From the NCBI RefSeq assembly GCF_006345805.1, contig NC_042998.1, positions 86,924,001 to 86,988,000 on the forward strand: DNA of 64,000 nucleotides, given 5' to 3'. The DNA is from Octopus sinensis (taxonomy: Eukaryota). Within the stretch, counting starts at the first letter, position 1. The number at the start of each line of letters is the position of its first letter. This document shows positions 13,080-24,597 of the stretch, piece after piece. A program made the position numbers and the translations under genes. Under the pieces are notes generated by a model that was not told the origin of the DNA, made no database searches, and saw only the letters and a list, made by a program, of their open reading frames with translations.

Positions 13080-14995
13080 AAGCAAATGACAGGCAAATGT
13101 GTAATATTGTAGTGTTTACAAGAATTCCAGTGGATGTACTGCCCTAGTCTGTTATGTATTATGAAGTACTCCTTTTCAACAATGACAGGGCAGCCAGAAA
13201 CAACATGATCAACTGTCTCTGTGAGTTGTTTGCAAATTCTGCATGAGGGGTCAGATCCATTTTTAAGGACGTTTGCATGGTAGTTTCTGGTAGGTAAGCT
13301 CTGATTTTTGCACTGCAATAACTAACCTTCTGTTTCCCCTTTCGGACCTGTCTTTTGTAGCCATTGGTGTGTTATATTTTGATCAATATCTGGCTTGGAC
13401 AGGTGTTTAAAGTATTTTCCATGCAGGAGTTTACCTTTCCAGTTGTCTTAAATATATTCATGCAAACCTTTGCTTTTTGTTTGGATTTTCTTTGCATCAA
13501 CGATAGGTTTGTCACTATTTGGAGCTCTTTTGTCTTTCTGATTGCTAATTTCTAAATCAGGAGAAGTAATGGTAGGTCTGTCAGTATTTGGATGTCTTTG
13601 ATTATTCTTATTGCTAACTTGTAGGCCAAGAGATTTTAAAAATTTCTGACTAAGCTTCATGACTGAAGCTTGCTTGGAATCTTCATACTTCAGTGTAGTT
13701 CATAAGAGCACATCACTTGTTGTATTAAAAGATGTTTCAAAGCTGATTTGAAGTATTGTTCAAGCTATATCAAACCTCTTCCACCTATTTTTCTTGGGAG
13801 ATAAATCCTGTCTACATCTGATTTTGGATGGTGCATTCAGTACCTTGTAAAGATATTACAAGATACTTCTACTTATGGTAGTATCAAGTTCTATGTTTTC
13901 TATCTTTATGAACTTCTCTGCCTTAAAAGTAGCTTTTACATATTTATCAAGTTCAAATTCCATACCAATATCAGAGCCGAATTCATTGATAATATTCAGG
14001 AGCTCCTCTTTGTAATTTTTGGCAAACAGTTTTAGATCATCCATATAGAGTAGATGATTAATTTTCTGGTCAAAGATCTTATACCCTCTCTTAGCATTAT
14101 TCAATTGTGTGGATAAAGGGAACAGAGTGAAGCAGAATAGTAATGGTGGTAATGAGTTGCTTTGAAAGATACCACTGGTGAGGTGGCATATCCTTGTGTA
14201 TGGTTTAAAATGAGGGTGGTTTTTCCACAAGTTCATTATTATTTTTAAAAAGTTCACAATTGTTGAAGCTATCTTATAAATTTCCAGGGCCTTGAAGCCT
14301 TCTTGTAATCTATCCAAGCAGTGCTAAGGTTTCTGTGTTTGGATTTGCAATTTTCAATGATCATTTCACCAATCAGTAATTGGTCCTTACCTCCATATGA
14401 ACTCATTTTACATCTCTTTTGTTCCACTAGGAATAACTTCCTATTGTCTAAGAATTCATATGCTCTATTCACTATTATAGATGTTAATAGTTTATGTATG
14501 GTAGTGAGGCATGTTATGGGTTGGTATTTTGGTGGGTTAGTAGTTTCTTCTGCTTTTGGTAAGAGATATGTAATCACTTCTGTAAACCACTATGGGGCTT
14601 TCGCAGGATTGGACATGACTTCATTGTGTGCTACAACAAAGTTGTGGTGGGTGCCCATTAAAGAGTTTAGCCAAAAAATTTCCATTTCTTTGACTTGGTG
14701 AGTGCCGTTATCACTTCTTCAGTTGTTATATCCTGCCATTCTTGATCTTTGAGGTGGGAGTCATTTTCGTGCTTAAATCAAAACCATTTCTTTTCGCCTG
14801 TGATAAAATTGACTAATAATGTCATTCCATCAACATGTGGATGCTGGTTGCTCTTGCTCATATTTTAGATTTGAATTTCTATAATTTTGAATTTTTATAA
14901 CTTTCTATTTCAAACTTGACAAAGACAGGCTTCCTCTTGAAATATCGTTCAACAAATACAATATCTATTGCTATTGCATCACGCTCTTCACTTTG
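13080..14995 (-). mobile_element. Degenerate R4/Dong-like RLE LINE: RT and CCHC knuckle
   Basis: KYQPITCLTTIHKLLT, AWIDYKKA, GIFQSNSLPPLLFC, HLLYMDDLKL and CRICKQLTETVDHVVSGC..IHNRLGQYIHW. Confidence 0.85.
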
Positions 14996-15022
14996 TCTAT
15001 TATCATTATCATCATTATTATT

Positions 15023-15548
15023 ATTGAGTGAGAGAGCAGTTCATGCCATCAAAGTGACACTGGGGTAAAATATACGAAGCCCAATATACCCATCATGACT
15101 ACCTGTCTGATAAGGGTACACCAGGCACATGCATCACAACCATATGTGCGCAACATGGTGATCTCATATCAAGATAAACTGCACATGACCTTGCAGGTGG
15201 GGCCCAGTTAGAATTTTCTTCAGGTTGAGTAGCCCATCCCGCTCAAAAGGTCCCTGAATAAGGGTTGTTTAAGGATGTTGAAAGAACCACTCATGTTTCC
15301 AGAGGTAAATTATTCAAACCCCAAAGAATCCCTCTCAACACATGGCTATGATGCTCCCCCACTACTTCTGCTCGTGATCAGAGATGCACATATCGTCAGC
15401 CACTTAAGGACATGCTCAACTGGTTAAGGTCAAACAACTGACAAGCAAATCTGTGGTATTGAGCAGAATATTTGCTGTAGCCCATCTTTTATACCAAGAC
15501 AAAACAATGTACATGATAACACTTCCAATCAGTTAAGATCAGAACCAT
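15023..15548 (-). mobile_element. Non-coding retroposon (unclassified SINE-like repeat) between (ATT)n tracts
   Basis: About 525 bp non-coding block bounded on both sides by (ATT)n. I recall it as a common octopus interspersed repeat; not verified. Confidence 0.5.
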
Positions 15549-15611
15549 TATTATTATTATTATTATTATTATCATTATTATTATTATTTAATATTATTAT
15601 TATTATTATTT

Positions 15612-15880
15612 ATTGTCTTTGCACAGCTTCTAACACTGGAAATGTACTATGGTGCCAGCTGTTCACTACCAGTGAACTTATGTAACATCCCTTATTTTTC
15701 AAGCTCCATTTAAAGTATGTAAGCGGTTCCAAGCAGTGCCGTTTTCTGCAAGCACTCCACCCTTATTGCAGCCCCTATTTGTTCCATGTAACTCTCAAGA
15801 TTTTTACTCATTGTTCCCAGGGCTCCAACAATTATTGGTACTACTACCACCTTTTTCATCAACCATCATTATTTCATTAC
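15612..15880 (-). mobile_element. 3'-terminal fragment of an RLE (R4/Dong-like) LINE within (TAA)n
   Basis: Minus frame KKVVVVPIIVGALGTMSKNLESYMEQIGAAIRVECLQKTALLGT is a typical RLE C-terminus. Confidence 0.8.
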
Positions 15881-17297
15881 TATTAATTATTATTATTATT
15901 ATTACCATTATTATCATCATCATTACTATTATTAAGGTGGTGAGCCGACAGAATCTTTAGCAAGCTGGGCGAAATGTTTAGCAGAGCTTCCTCATTTCTT
16001 TCAATTTGTTGCTGCTTTGTTGTTATCATTGTTTCATAGTTTCAAATTTCAAATTTTGACACAAAGCGAGCAAATTTACGTACTCTGAAGAGATGAAAGA
16101 CAGAGCTGACCTTAGCAGAACTTGAACTTAGAAGAGTAAATGTGCCAGGAGAAATGCTGCTATGCATTTTGTCCAGTGTGCTGAGGATTCTGCTAGCTCC
16201 TTGCCATTCAATTCATATTCATAGTAAAAGTGTCATTCTTAAAATCTTTTTGAAAATTAAAGCATTTAGGCAGAAACTATTTTTGTCTCTTATAAATATT
16301 TTAAAGGTGTGTGTGTGTGTGTGTGTGTGTGTCTGTGTGTGTGTGTATGTGGTGTGTGTACGTGTAAAGAAAGAGGAATCTTCATCAAGTAATAAACGAT
16401 CGAATGGATTTTGTGAATTCCAATAACTGAGGTTATCACGAAACATATTGAATCTACGTAGCAAAAAGCCAATTCAAAGAATGCTAAAATATAAGGGATT
16501 TACCATTGCTATTTCGGAAAATATTTCCGGAGAATTCAAAGCGAAAGGAGCACATTGTTTAATCGCATTATTAATGATATCGTTTGCTGTATTAACAATA
16601 TTTAACTATATCTGTATTTGTATCGATAAATTATATTTACTATTTTAATTTACAAAATAATCAAGAATCATGATACGAATCCCTTGTTGTTACAATATTT
16701 TAACAATAATACACACTAACTTCGTTCACATTTCGTAAACTTTGTGGTTTTCGAGTGAGAGTCATCCCACTTCATTGGAAAATTTAATACATATTTCTCT
16801 CGGAGGCGAATGAGGGGAACGTTTGACGTTCCGAATTATTTAGGGTAATATGTAAAGGGGAATAACTCTAACAGGACAATAATGTAAAGGATTGTGTGAT
16901 TGCGTGTGCACGCTCGCAGACACGCACGCACTCACACTCACCCACACACAAATTTAAATATTAATCTACCCACTCATTTTAACAAATAAACTTGTGGATT
17001 CTTAGTCAACTATAATGCACAAACGCACACACACATTTATTCGACTAATATCTATTGCGTTGTAACAATGTTTCACTAATTGTTAAGATTTATTTATATA
17101 TTTATTCATATTTAATGTCACAGAAGTTGAGCAAAAGAAAGGCAGATAGATAGAAGTGGTAGAGAGCGAAGTATGTGTATGTCCGTTGTTGGGATACACA
17201 AGATAATCATACAGTTGTGAGGGGGAATAACTCTAAAAGCCGTGAATAGTGTTTCCTATTTCTCAAAACAGAAGAGGGCCATAGTGATGTCGAAAAC

Positions 17298-17456
17298 ATG
17301 AGGCCTGACCAGCACAAACAGAAAAAAAGTCAGCAATATAAAAAGAAACATGGAATTCCTACCAAAGGCAAAGAGCACAAAGAAAACAAAGGACAAGAAC
17401 ATGGAACGAAGAAAACGGAATCACACTTGAATCATCAGAAAGAAGATTTTACAGAT
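17298..17456 (+). CDS. AVEN: AVEN homologue, coding exon 1
   Basis: ATG at 17298, MRPDQHKQKKSQQYKKKHG...EDFTD, donor GAT|GTAAGG, phase 0. Joins in frame to exon 2. The basic N-terminus resembles invertebrate Aven N-termini as I recall them. Confidence 0.75.
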
Positions 17457-17648
17457 GTAAGGAAAATATTTTGTATTACGAACGTTAAACAATGTATAGT
17501 TGTCGTGGAATTAAATCCCGACTACCAGGTTATATAGCCATCTATTTTCGTTTATGTTATTGAGCTGGAAGAATCTTTAGTGTCGGGGAAGTGCTTTGCG
17601 TTTATTTTTCAGGTTCTTTATGTCCTGAGTTCAAATCCCGTTGAGGTC

Positions 17649-19612
17649 AGTCAAAGCTGACCTCAATATAGGGGTTAATATAGGGCGTTACGATTATCAG
17701 AAAATCAAAAAAAAAATGTGTGTAATAGGTGTAAAACAACTTCCTATGAACGAATATGAAAAAAAAAATTCGCGCACGCGAAAGGGGGGTGGGGGAGAGG
17801 CCTCGGAAAATTCACATCGGGAAGTTCCGAAAGCGTCTGAGGAGCTGACCCGGGCACCAAAACAAAAAAAAAATAGTGTAATATGTGTAAAACAACTTGC
17901 TCTAAACGAATATGACAAAAAAAATGCGCTCGCGAAAGAGGGGTGGGGGAGAGGCTTCGGAAAATTTATATCGGGAATTTCCGAAAGCGTCTGAACCGGG
18001 TACAAAAACAAAAACAAAAACAGCGTAATAGGTGTAAAACAACTTGCTCTAAACGACTATCATGAAAAAAATGCGCGCTCGCGAAAGGGGGGTGGGGGAG
18101 AGGCTTCGGAAATTTCACATCTTCAGTCCACGGCCTTTAAACTAAGAAAAAATAGTGTAATTGGTGTAAAACTACTTGTTCTAAACGAGTATCAAGAACA
18201 CACACTCACACATGAATCATAAAATCATATTTCGCAAAAAAAAAAAAAATAAAGAGAAGAAATTCTGGAAAAAGTGAAGAAATGTTGGATCTCCGCCATG
18301 TGAATCAAAATACGTGTCAGAAACATCTTGAAATACTACAGAAATTATGTTACGAAAATGATAATGTATACATACCTCTTTGAGTGGTCCATCGATAATG
18401 ATGATAAAGAAATGAGTTGGATTTGAACTCAGAATATTGACTAACACAACTACATACTACAAGACTCAAATATCCAGCCAAGTCACCACCCTTTAACTAG
18501 CAATAATAATAACATCAATAACATAACAGCCAAAAGATTTATTTGTTCTGAAAATAATCATAGTAAATAAATATGTTCTTTAATATTCACATTCATGTGC
18601 ACAGTTAAACACACTTACATACAAACAGTCACGCATGCATAATACAGAACGGAACACATAAATGAAGGATGTATTACTTAGTATATATTACATCTAGAGA
18701 ATTTTGATTAATAAGTCAAATATGCAAATTATAAAGATAATTAATTGCTTTACTAAACAGTGTTGTAAAGGTGAAAAAATAAATTTGGGAAAAAAATACG
18801 CGCCAAAACTAATTAATAAAGGATAATTAGGGAAGGATTGACACAAAATAATAATTTTTTCTGTCTCTTTTTTTCTGATAAATGCATCTTAATAAGTGAG
18901 AAGAATTGCATATATCTGAACTATTTCAAAGAAAAGCATAAATTTAATGTTTAAAATAGCTTTAACCAAGGAATGAGATCCAACATTTCTTCACTGTTTC
19001 CAGAATTTCTTCTCTTTATTTATTTTTTTTTTTGCGAAATATGTACAAAAATACGGAGTTTATGATTCATGTGTGAGTGTGTGTTCTTGATACTCGTTTA
19101 GAACAAGTAGTTTTACACCAATTACACTATTTTTTCTTAGTTTAAAAGCCGTGGACTGAAGATGTGAAATTTCCGAAGCCTCTCCCCCACCCCCCTTTCG
19201 CGAGCGCGCATTTTTTTCATGATAGTCGTTTAGAGCAAGTTGTTTTACACCTATTACGCTGTTTTTGTTTTTGTGCCCGGTTCAGACGCTTTCGGAAATT
19301 CCCGATATAAATTTTCCGAGGCCTCTCCTCCACCCCTCTTTCGCGAGCGCATTTTTTTTGTCATATTCGTTTAGAGCAAGTTGTTTTACACATATTACAC
19401 TATTTTTTTTTTGTTTTGGTGCCCGGGTCAGCTCCTCAGACGCTTTCGGAACTTCCCGATGTGAATTTTCCGAGGCATCTCCCCCACCCCCCTTTCGCGT
19501 GCGCGAATTTTTTTTTTCATATTCGTTCATAGGAAGTTGTTTTACACCTATTACACACATTTTTTTTTTGATTTTCTGATAATCGTAACGCCCTATATTA
19601 ACCGCTTTGACT
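17649..19612. mobile_element. Foldback-like element: ~640 bp inverted arms built of tandem subrepeats around a 681 bp spacer
   Basis: 17649-18293 is the near-exact reverse complement of 18975-19612. Each arm holds ~3.3 copies of a 130-156 bp unit. No coding capacity recognised. Confidence 0.8.
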
Positions 19613-19913
19613 CATTCTATGTAGGGTATTTTGATTTTCTGATAATCGTAACGCCCTTTATTAACCCAATAAAATCCCCGAACATGGGACAAACGTTTAC
19701 GTTCAAATGCCACCGAAATTTTGTTTTTCATACTTACCGTTGGTCGTTAAACTGAATGTAGCATCCTCGTACTTGGGTCGGTTTAATCGAATATTCTCTC
19801 CTCTAAATTTGAGGCTTTGTTAGAAATCAATATTACTTCCACTTGACAAATTCGAGACCATGTATTTACGCAGGTAAGTTTTTAGTGGTCTGAAAGTTGT
19901 GACGTTTCCTGTT

Positions 19914-20133
19914 GCCGGGCGAAATGCTTAGCAGTATTTCGTCTGTCTTTATGTTCTGAGTTCAAATTCCGCCGAGGTCGACTTTGCGTTTCATCCTTTC
20001 GGGGTCGATAAATTAAGTACCAGTTGCGTATTGGTGTCGATCTAATCGACTGGCCCTCCTCCCCAAAAATTTCGGGTCTTGTGCCTATAGTAGAAAAGGG
20101 TGATCCTGTGCCTATAGTAGAAAAGGGTGATCC
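19914..20133 (+). mobile_element. Young tRNA-derived SINE (family B) with a 27-bp tandem duplication at its tail
   Basis: B-box GAGTTCAAATTCC, CpGs retained. TGTGCCTATAGTAGAAAAGGGTGATCC occurs at 20080-20106 and 20107-20133. Other family B copies at ~20905(-), 28600(+), 35515(-), 49800(-), 51715(-), 51985(-). Confidence 0.8.
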
Positions 20134-20708
20134 AAGCACGAAGGTAAGCCTAGAAAAGAACATTGTTATATAGGCAGTTTATTTTCCGTTTTCGTTCAAC
20201 AAAAATATTTTGAATACTTTTAGGTATTGTTGATGGCAGTGATGAAAGCGTTAAAAATTTGCGTGATTTTAGTTCAAATTTGACCAGATCGACTTAATTT
20301 TTCAACATTCTGTTTTCCATAAATGACGTACTTGTCTTTTTAAAGTGCTTTGTATGTAGGACCCCTCCATAAAGGGCCTATTTTAATCGTTGTGCTTAAC
20401 TGTTTAGTACGAAAATATAACTTTTCTTTGATCAATTTCTGATATAAGCGTAACTGGTTATATTGTGGTTTATGGAGATAAAACTTACATTACTTGTAAA
20501 ATGTTTTCTGAACTAGATTTTTATCATTTTGGAAGAATGACGGAACACAATTAAATTGGATAATGCTTCCAGATTTGAAGAATATCACAGCATCAGATTA
20601 ATAAAAATGATATTAAATATAAAACCTTAGTTGATATGTATTTTCTTAATCATTTGACTGTGAAATTTCAGATCCTTAAATAAGAATATTAATGATCCAT
20701 TATTCCAG

Positions 20709-20871
20709 GTGAGTGATTCTGAAGAACTTGACAGTGTTTCTAAGCCTTTATTTCGACGGAGAAAACTTGCCAGTAATTGGGATCGTTATGCTCCTTTACC
20801 ACCAGAAGATGAAGATGATGTGAAACCTCAGCAGATTGGTGTTGACTTTGTAAGCTTGCTCAGTCAAACAG
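20709..20871 (+). CDS. AVEN: AVEN homologue, coding exon 2
   Basis: Acceptor TTCCAG. VSDSEELDSVSKPLFRRRKLASNWDRYAPLPPEDEDDVKPQQIGVDFVSLLSQT matches the Aven RRK..SNWDRY..DFxxLL block. Donor G|GTATTG, phase 1. Confidence 0.92.
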
Positions 20872-21939
20872 GTATTGTTGATAATAATATTAATGATAAT
20901 TCTTTTTAATTTTGGCACAAGGCCAGCAATTTTGAGGGGAGGGAGAAGTCAATTTCATCAACCCCAGTGCTCAACTGGTACCTATTTTGGTCAACTCTGA
21001 AATGATGGAAGCCAAAGTCATCCTCAGTGGAATTTGAACCCAAAATATATGTGTGTGTGTTCATTACATGTCCACTTTCAATACATTGGACAGGTTTTCC
21101 TCTTTCAAGTCAGCTATTTGGAATTACTGCCCTTCTTAGATGAGTGAGATGGCCATATCTTGCATCATCATCATTATTTCTACTAACACTTTTTCATCTT
21201 CACTTGAGTCAGATAGAATTTGTTGAGGTAGATTTTTTACAGCCAGATGCCCTTCCTGTTGCCAACCCTCACCTGTTTCCAAGTAAGTTAATACTTTCCT
21301 TTGGCTTGACATGTTTTCACTGTAAACTGAAAATGAATGACTGCTTGTTTGATGGCACCATTCACATGTAATGTCAAGACAATGACAAACATACACACTC
21401 ATAAACACATATATTTCGTCTGTCAAGTCCATTCACAATGCTTTGATAAGCCTGAGGTTATAGTAGAAGACACTTGTCCCAAGTGCCTCACAGTGGGTCT
21501 GAACCTGAAACCTTGGGTTGGCAATTGAATTAACCACACGGTTACATCTGCAGCATCATCTTTGTTTAATGTTCGTCTTTTATGCTGGCATGGATTGGAA
21601 AGTTTGACAGAATCCTACAAGCGACTGTACTGTTTTGAGCTCCAAACTGATATGCATGGTTTCTATGACTGGGTGTCATTCCTAATGCTAACCACTTTAC
21701 AGGGTGTACTGGATGCTTAAGGTCACCAAGTATCTCACAAGAGAAAGGGAAAGACCCCTCAACTGAAGAAGGTTGTAGTAGAGAGATGGCTTTATGCCTG
21801 ATGTTGACAGACTGAAGTGTGATAGAAAGACAGATATAGGTGTCTTGCTATGGCTAATCCACATTATATAAGAGTGGGTGGGAGTAGCTGGAAGGAAGAC
21901 AATGAAGTATGAGAGTATATTCTCAAGATTCAAATTGTA

Positions 21940-22760
21940 TGTTTAATGATAATACTTTTGTTATAATCAAAAAGGTGAATACTCAATACTAAGTAGTTGC
22001 CTTTAGGCTTTCTTCTAATCATAAGCACTGTATATAACATGAAACTCCAAGAGTTCTTGTTGTGTAGGTTAGGTCTCATTACATGGTCTTTTGGGTAGTT
22101 GACCAATTAACAAAGTGTGACATGTGGTCTCATGTTTCCAGTTATGTCATATCTTGCTGAGAGCCATATTGCACACTCAATACATACTGCACACTTTTAT
22201 TGAACTTTCTCTATTGTCCGATTTTTTTCTGGTGGTGGTCATACCAGAGAGGGGCAAGGTGGATTTGTCAGAGCACAACCTATTAGTGCAGCACTGATTA
22301 GAGTAGGTGAAGCTATTAATGTTGTAGCTATTCTGTATGGATGTGTATCTTATGCTTATCCAAGCTGAGTGACAGAAACAGTACTTTTAGGATGTTGTAG
22401 TTCTGAGGTGTTGTGTAGGTCTCTGAATGTTTGGGAGTGTTTTTTCTATGTAGTAACAAGGAGTGATGGAACTGAAGTTTTCTGTGGCAATAAGCTATAC
22501 TCTTTGCATGTCCAAGTGTTCTTCTACTTTTTTAATATTCTGATTGTGTAACTGATTTACGGGTGTGGTTGTCAGTGTGCCACATGCTATGGTGTGTAGT
22601 GGATTGTTTTGAGTTCTTTCTAGGTGCAGAAGAAAAACCTGAATCACAAAAAAGATACAACATATCCTGACTGTCACACTACCATACACAGTAAACTACT
22701 GTATGAGGTTGTCAATTAGGCTAGAAATAGAGGCATAATATATCTGGAGCACTTGATTTA
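21940..22760 (-). mobile_element. Highly degenerate Penelope-like element remnant
   Basis: Broken frames resemble the PLE RT-EN linker and the Cys-rich start of the GIY-YIG region (CSDKSTxPLSG), similar to the 56090 element. Confidence 0.45.
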
Positions 22761-23237
22761 TAGGTTGCCCCTTGTTTACAGCTGGTGACTTAAATATCAT
22801 AACTTTGCATGGTAGGAATTGATCAAGGCTATACAACAATAAAGACTTGTGTTGATTAAATGATGATGATGTGTCATGAACTGATGTTGTTGTCTATTGA
22901 GGTAGCTATCACTATTGTCATCATCATCCTGCTGTCCTTACTATGATAAGATGCCTAAAAATCCTCTCTGGTAAAAGTCAGACTGGTATATAATTAACTA
23001 CTGATTACTGGTTACTTAATTTCGAATCAGCACTAATAGAATAGACCTATTATCAAAAGCATTCTAGTCATGACCATTCCTTCCTGTCTTTTTACTTTTA
23101 GACATCACACACCCACGGTTACATTATCCAATATCACCTTCATTTTAAGATGGCAGGGTACAATTTGAGAAAGATTTGGTTGCTATTTCTAGCAGGTTGA
23201 TTGTAAAGACTTCTTTTTCCTTTGCTAATTGTCTTGT

Positions 23238-24022
23238 TTAATTCTTTAGCGTACAGATTATTCTGTCAAATGTAATGCTTATTTATACACATCATCATCA
23301 TCATCATTTAGCGTCCGTTCTCCATGCTAGCATGGGTTGGACGGTTCAACTGGGGTCTGTGAAGCTGGAAGGCTTCATCAGGCCCAGTCAGATCTGGCAG
23401 TGTTTCTACGGCTGGATGCCCTTCCTAACACCAACCACTCCGTTAGTGTAGTGGGTGCTTTTTATGTGCCACCCGCACAGGTGCCAGTCAGAGCTGGCAA
23501 ACGGCCACGAACGGATGGTGCTTTTACATGTCACCGGCACGGGGCCAGGCGAGGCTGACAACGGACACGAATGGATGGTGCTTTTACGTGCCACCAACAC
23601 GGGGGCCAGACAGAGCTGGCAAACGGCCACGAAACGGATGGTGCTTTTACGTGTCACCGGCACGGGGGCCAGGCGAGGCTGGCAACGGACACGAACGGAT
23701 GGTGCTTTTACATGCCACCGACACGGGGGCCAGACAGGGCTGGCAAACGGCCACGAACGGATGGTGCTTTTACGTGTCACCGGCACGGGGGCCAGGCCAG
23801 GCTGGCAACGAACACGAACGGATGGTGCTTTTATGTGCCACCGACACTGTTTTGAATTAATCATTCTTTATCTCTTAGCTTTGAAATTTCTAAGATCTGA
23901 CAGTTTATTTTTAGAGTGGCATTGCGTTGTAGGTGTGAGAAACCATATTTAGCTGGTTTGAACATAAAACAGGTAAAATATTCGGGTCAAATAAGGGGCC
24001 AGTTTTAATGCTAAAGCATTAA
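23238..24022. mobile_element. piggyBac-like MITE interrupted by a minus-strand RTE 3' UTR insertion (23290-23847)
   Basis: TTAA at both ends. The two halves match the uninterrupted copy at 24598-24824. Confidence 0.7.
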
Positions 24023-24293
24023 TTTGATGTTGTTTCAAGTAATGATAATATAAAACCTATTTGTGGTTTTTGTCTAACTTTTAGCCTTAAGATCTAACAC
24101 TTATTGTGTTGGCTCTTTTCATTCAATCTGGCTCCAAAAGCAGAGATAAATAAAGAAATAGATTGTTGCTTCATCAAATTAATGCTACCTTTGGGTCTAT
24201 TAACACCTTTAGAATACTGTTTTTGTATTGTATTTTGATTCTTTTTGTTTGTACATTTGATAAAAAGCAAACCTTTTTATGTCTTATTTTTAG

Positions 24294-24454
24294 CTGATTC
24301 TTTGTCACAGTTTCGATTTAAAGATGAAAAAGAATGGGAAGATGAGAAATCAATTAATTCAAGTGTTGTTGCCTTAAATTGTGAAAAGCTTGCAGAAAGC
24401 CTTCAGTGCATACCACTCCATGAGCGGCTTGCTCTTCCTGTTTCATTATTCAGT
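24294..24454 (+). CDS. AVEN: AVEN homologue, coding exon 3
   Basis: Acceptor TTTTTAG. (A)DSLSQFRFKDEKEWEDEK...LAESLQCIPLHERLALPVSLFS matches the Aven DSFSQFRFAEEKEW..LQELPL..RL block. Donor T|GTAAGT, phase 0. Confidence 0.93.
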
Positions 24455-24597
24455 GTAAGTAATTCTTTCCAGATCTTGAACTTTTCTTCTTCTACATCTT
24501 TTACTTATGAATAAATGAATGCTATGACTATTTTCTCATGACAACTAATTTTTATTCTACTGCTGTAGTCTCAATTGGTTTGTCTTTAAAGAGTTGC

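Noticed and set aside
16364-16605. Minus-strand ~80-codon protein-like frame with a single TGA upstream of AVEN
   Set aside because: No recognisable homology, poor splice signals, and not improbable across six frames of 64 kb.
17780-18110. G-quadruplex potential of GGGGGTGGGGGAGAGG in the foldback subrepeats
   Set aside because: Only two long G-runs per unit. Any link to Aven G4 binding is unsupported, especially without an RGG region.
17641-19579. Mirror-image 92-117 aa ORFs in the foldback arms
   Set aside because: By-products of repeated low-stop sequence; no transposase motifs.
23513-23847. CRISPR-like array
   Set aside because: Eukaryotic context, no unique spacers, no cas genes.
23337-23952. 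Overlapping 94-165 aa ORFs
   Set aside because: Translations of the tandem minisatellite in the RTE 3' UTR.
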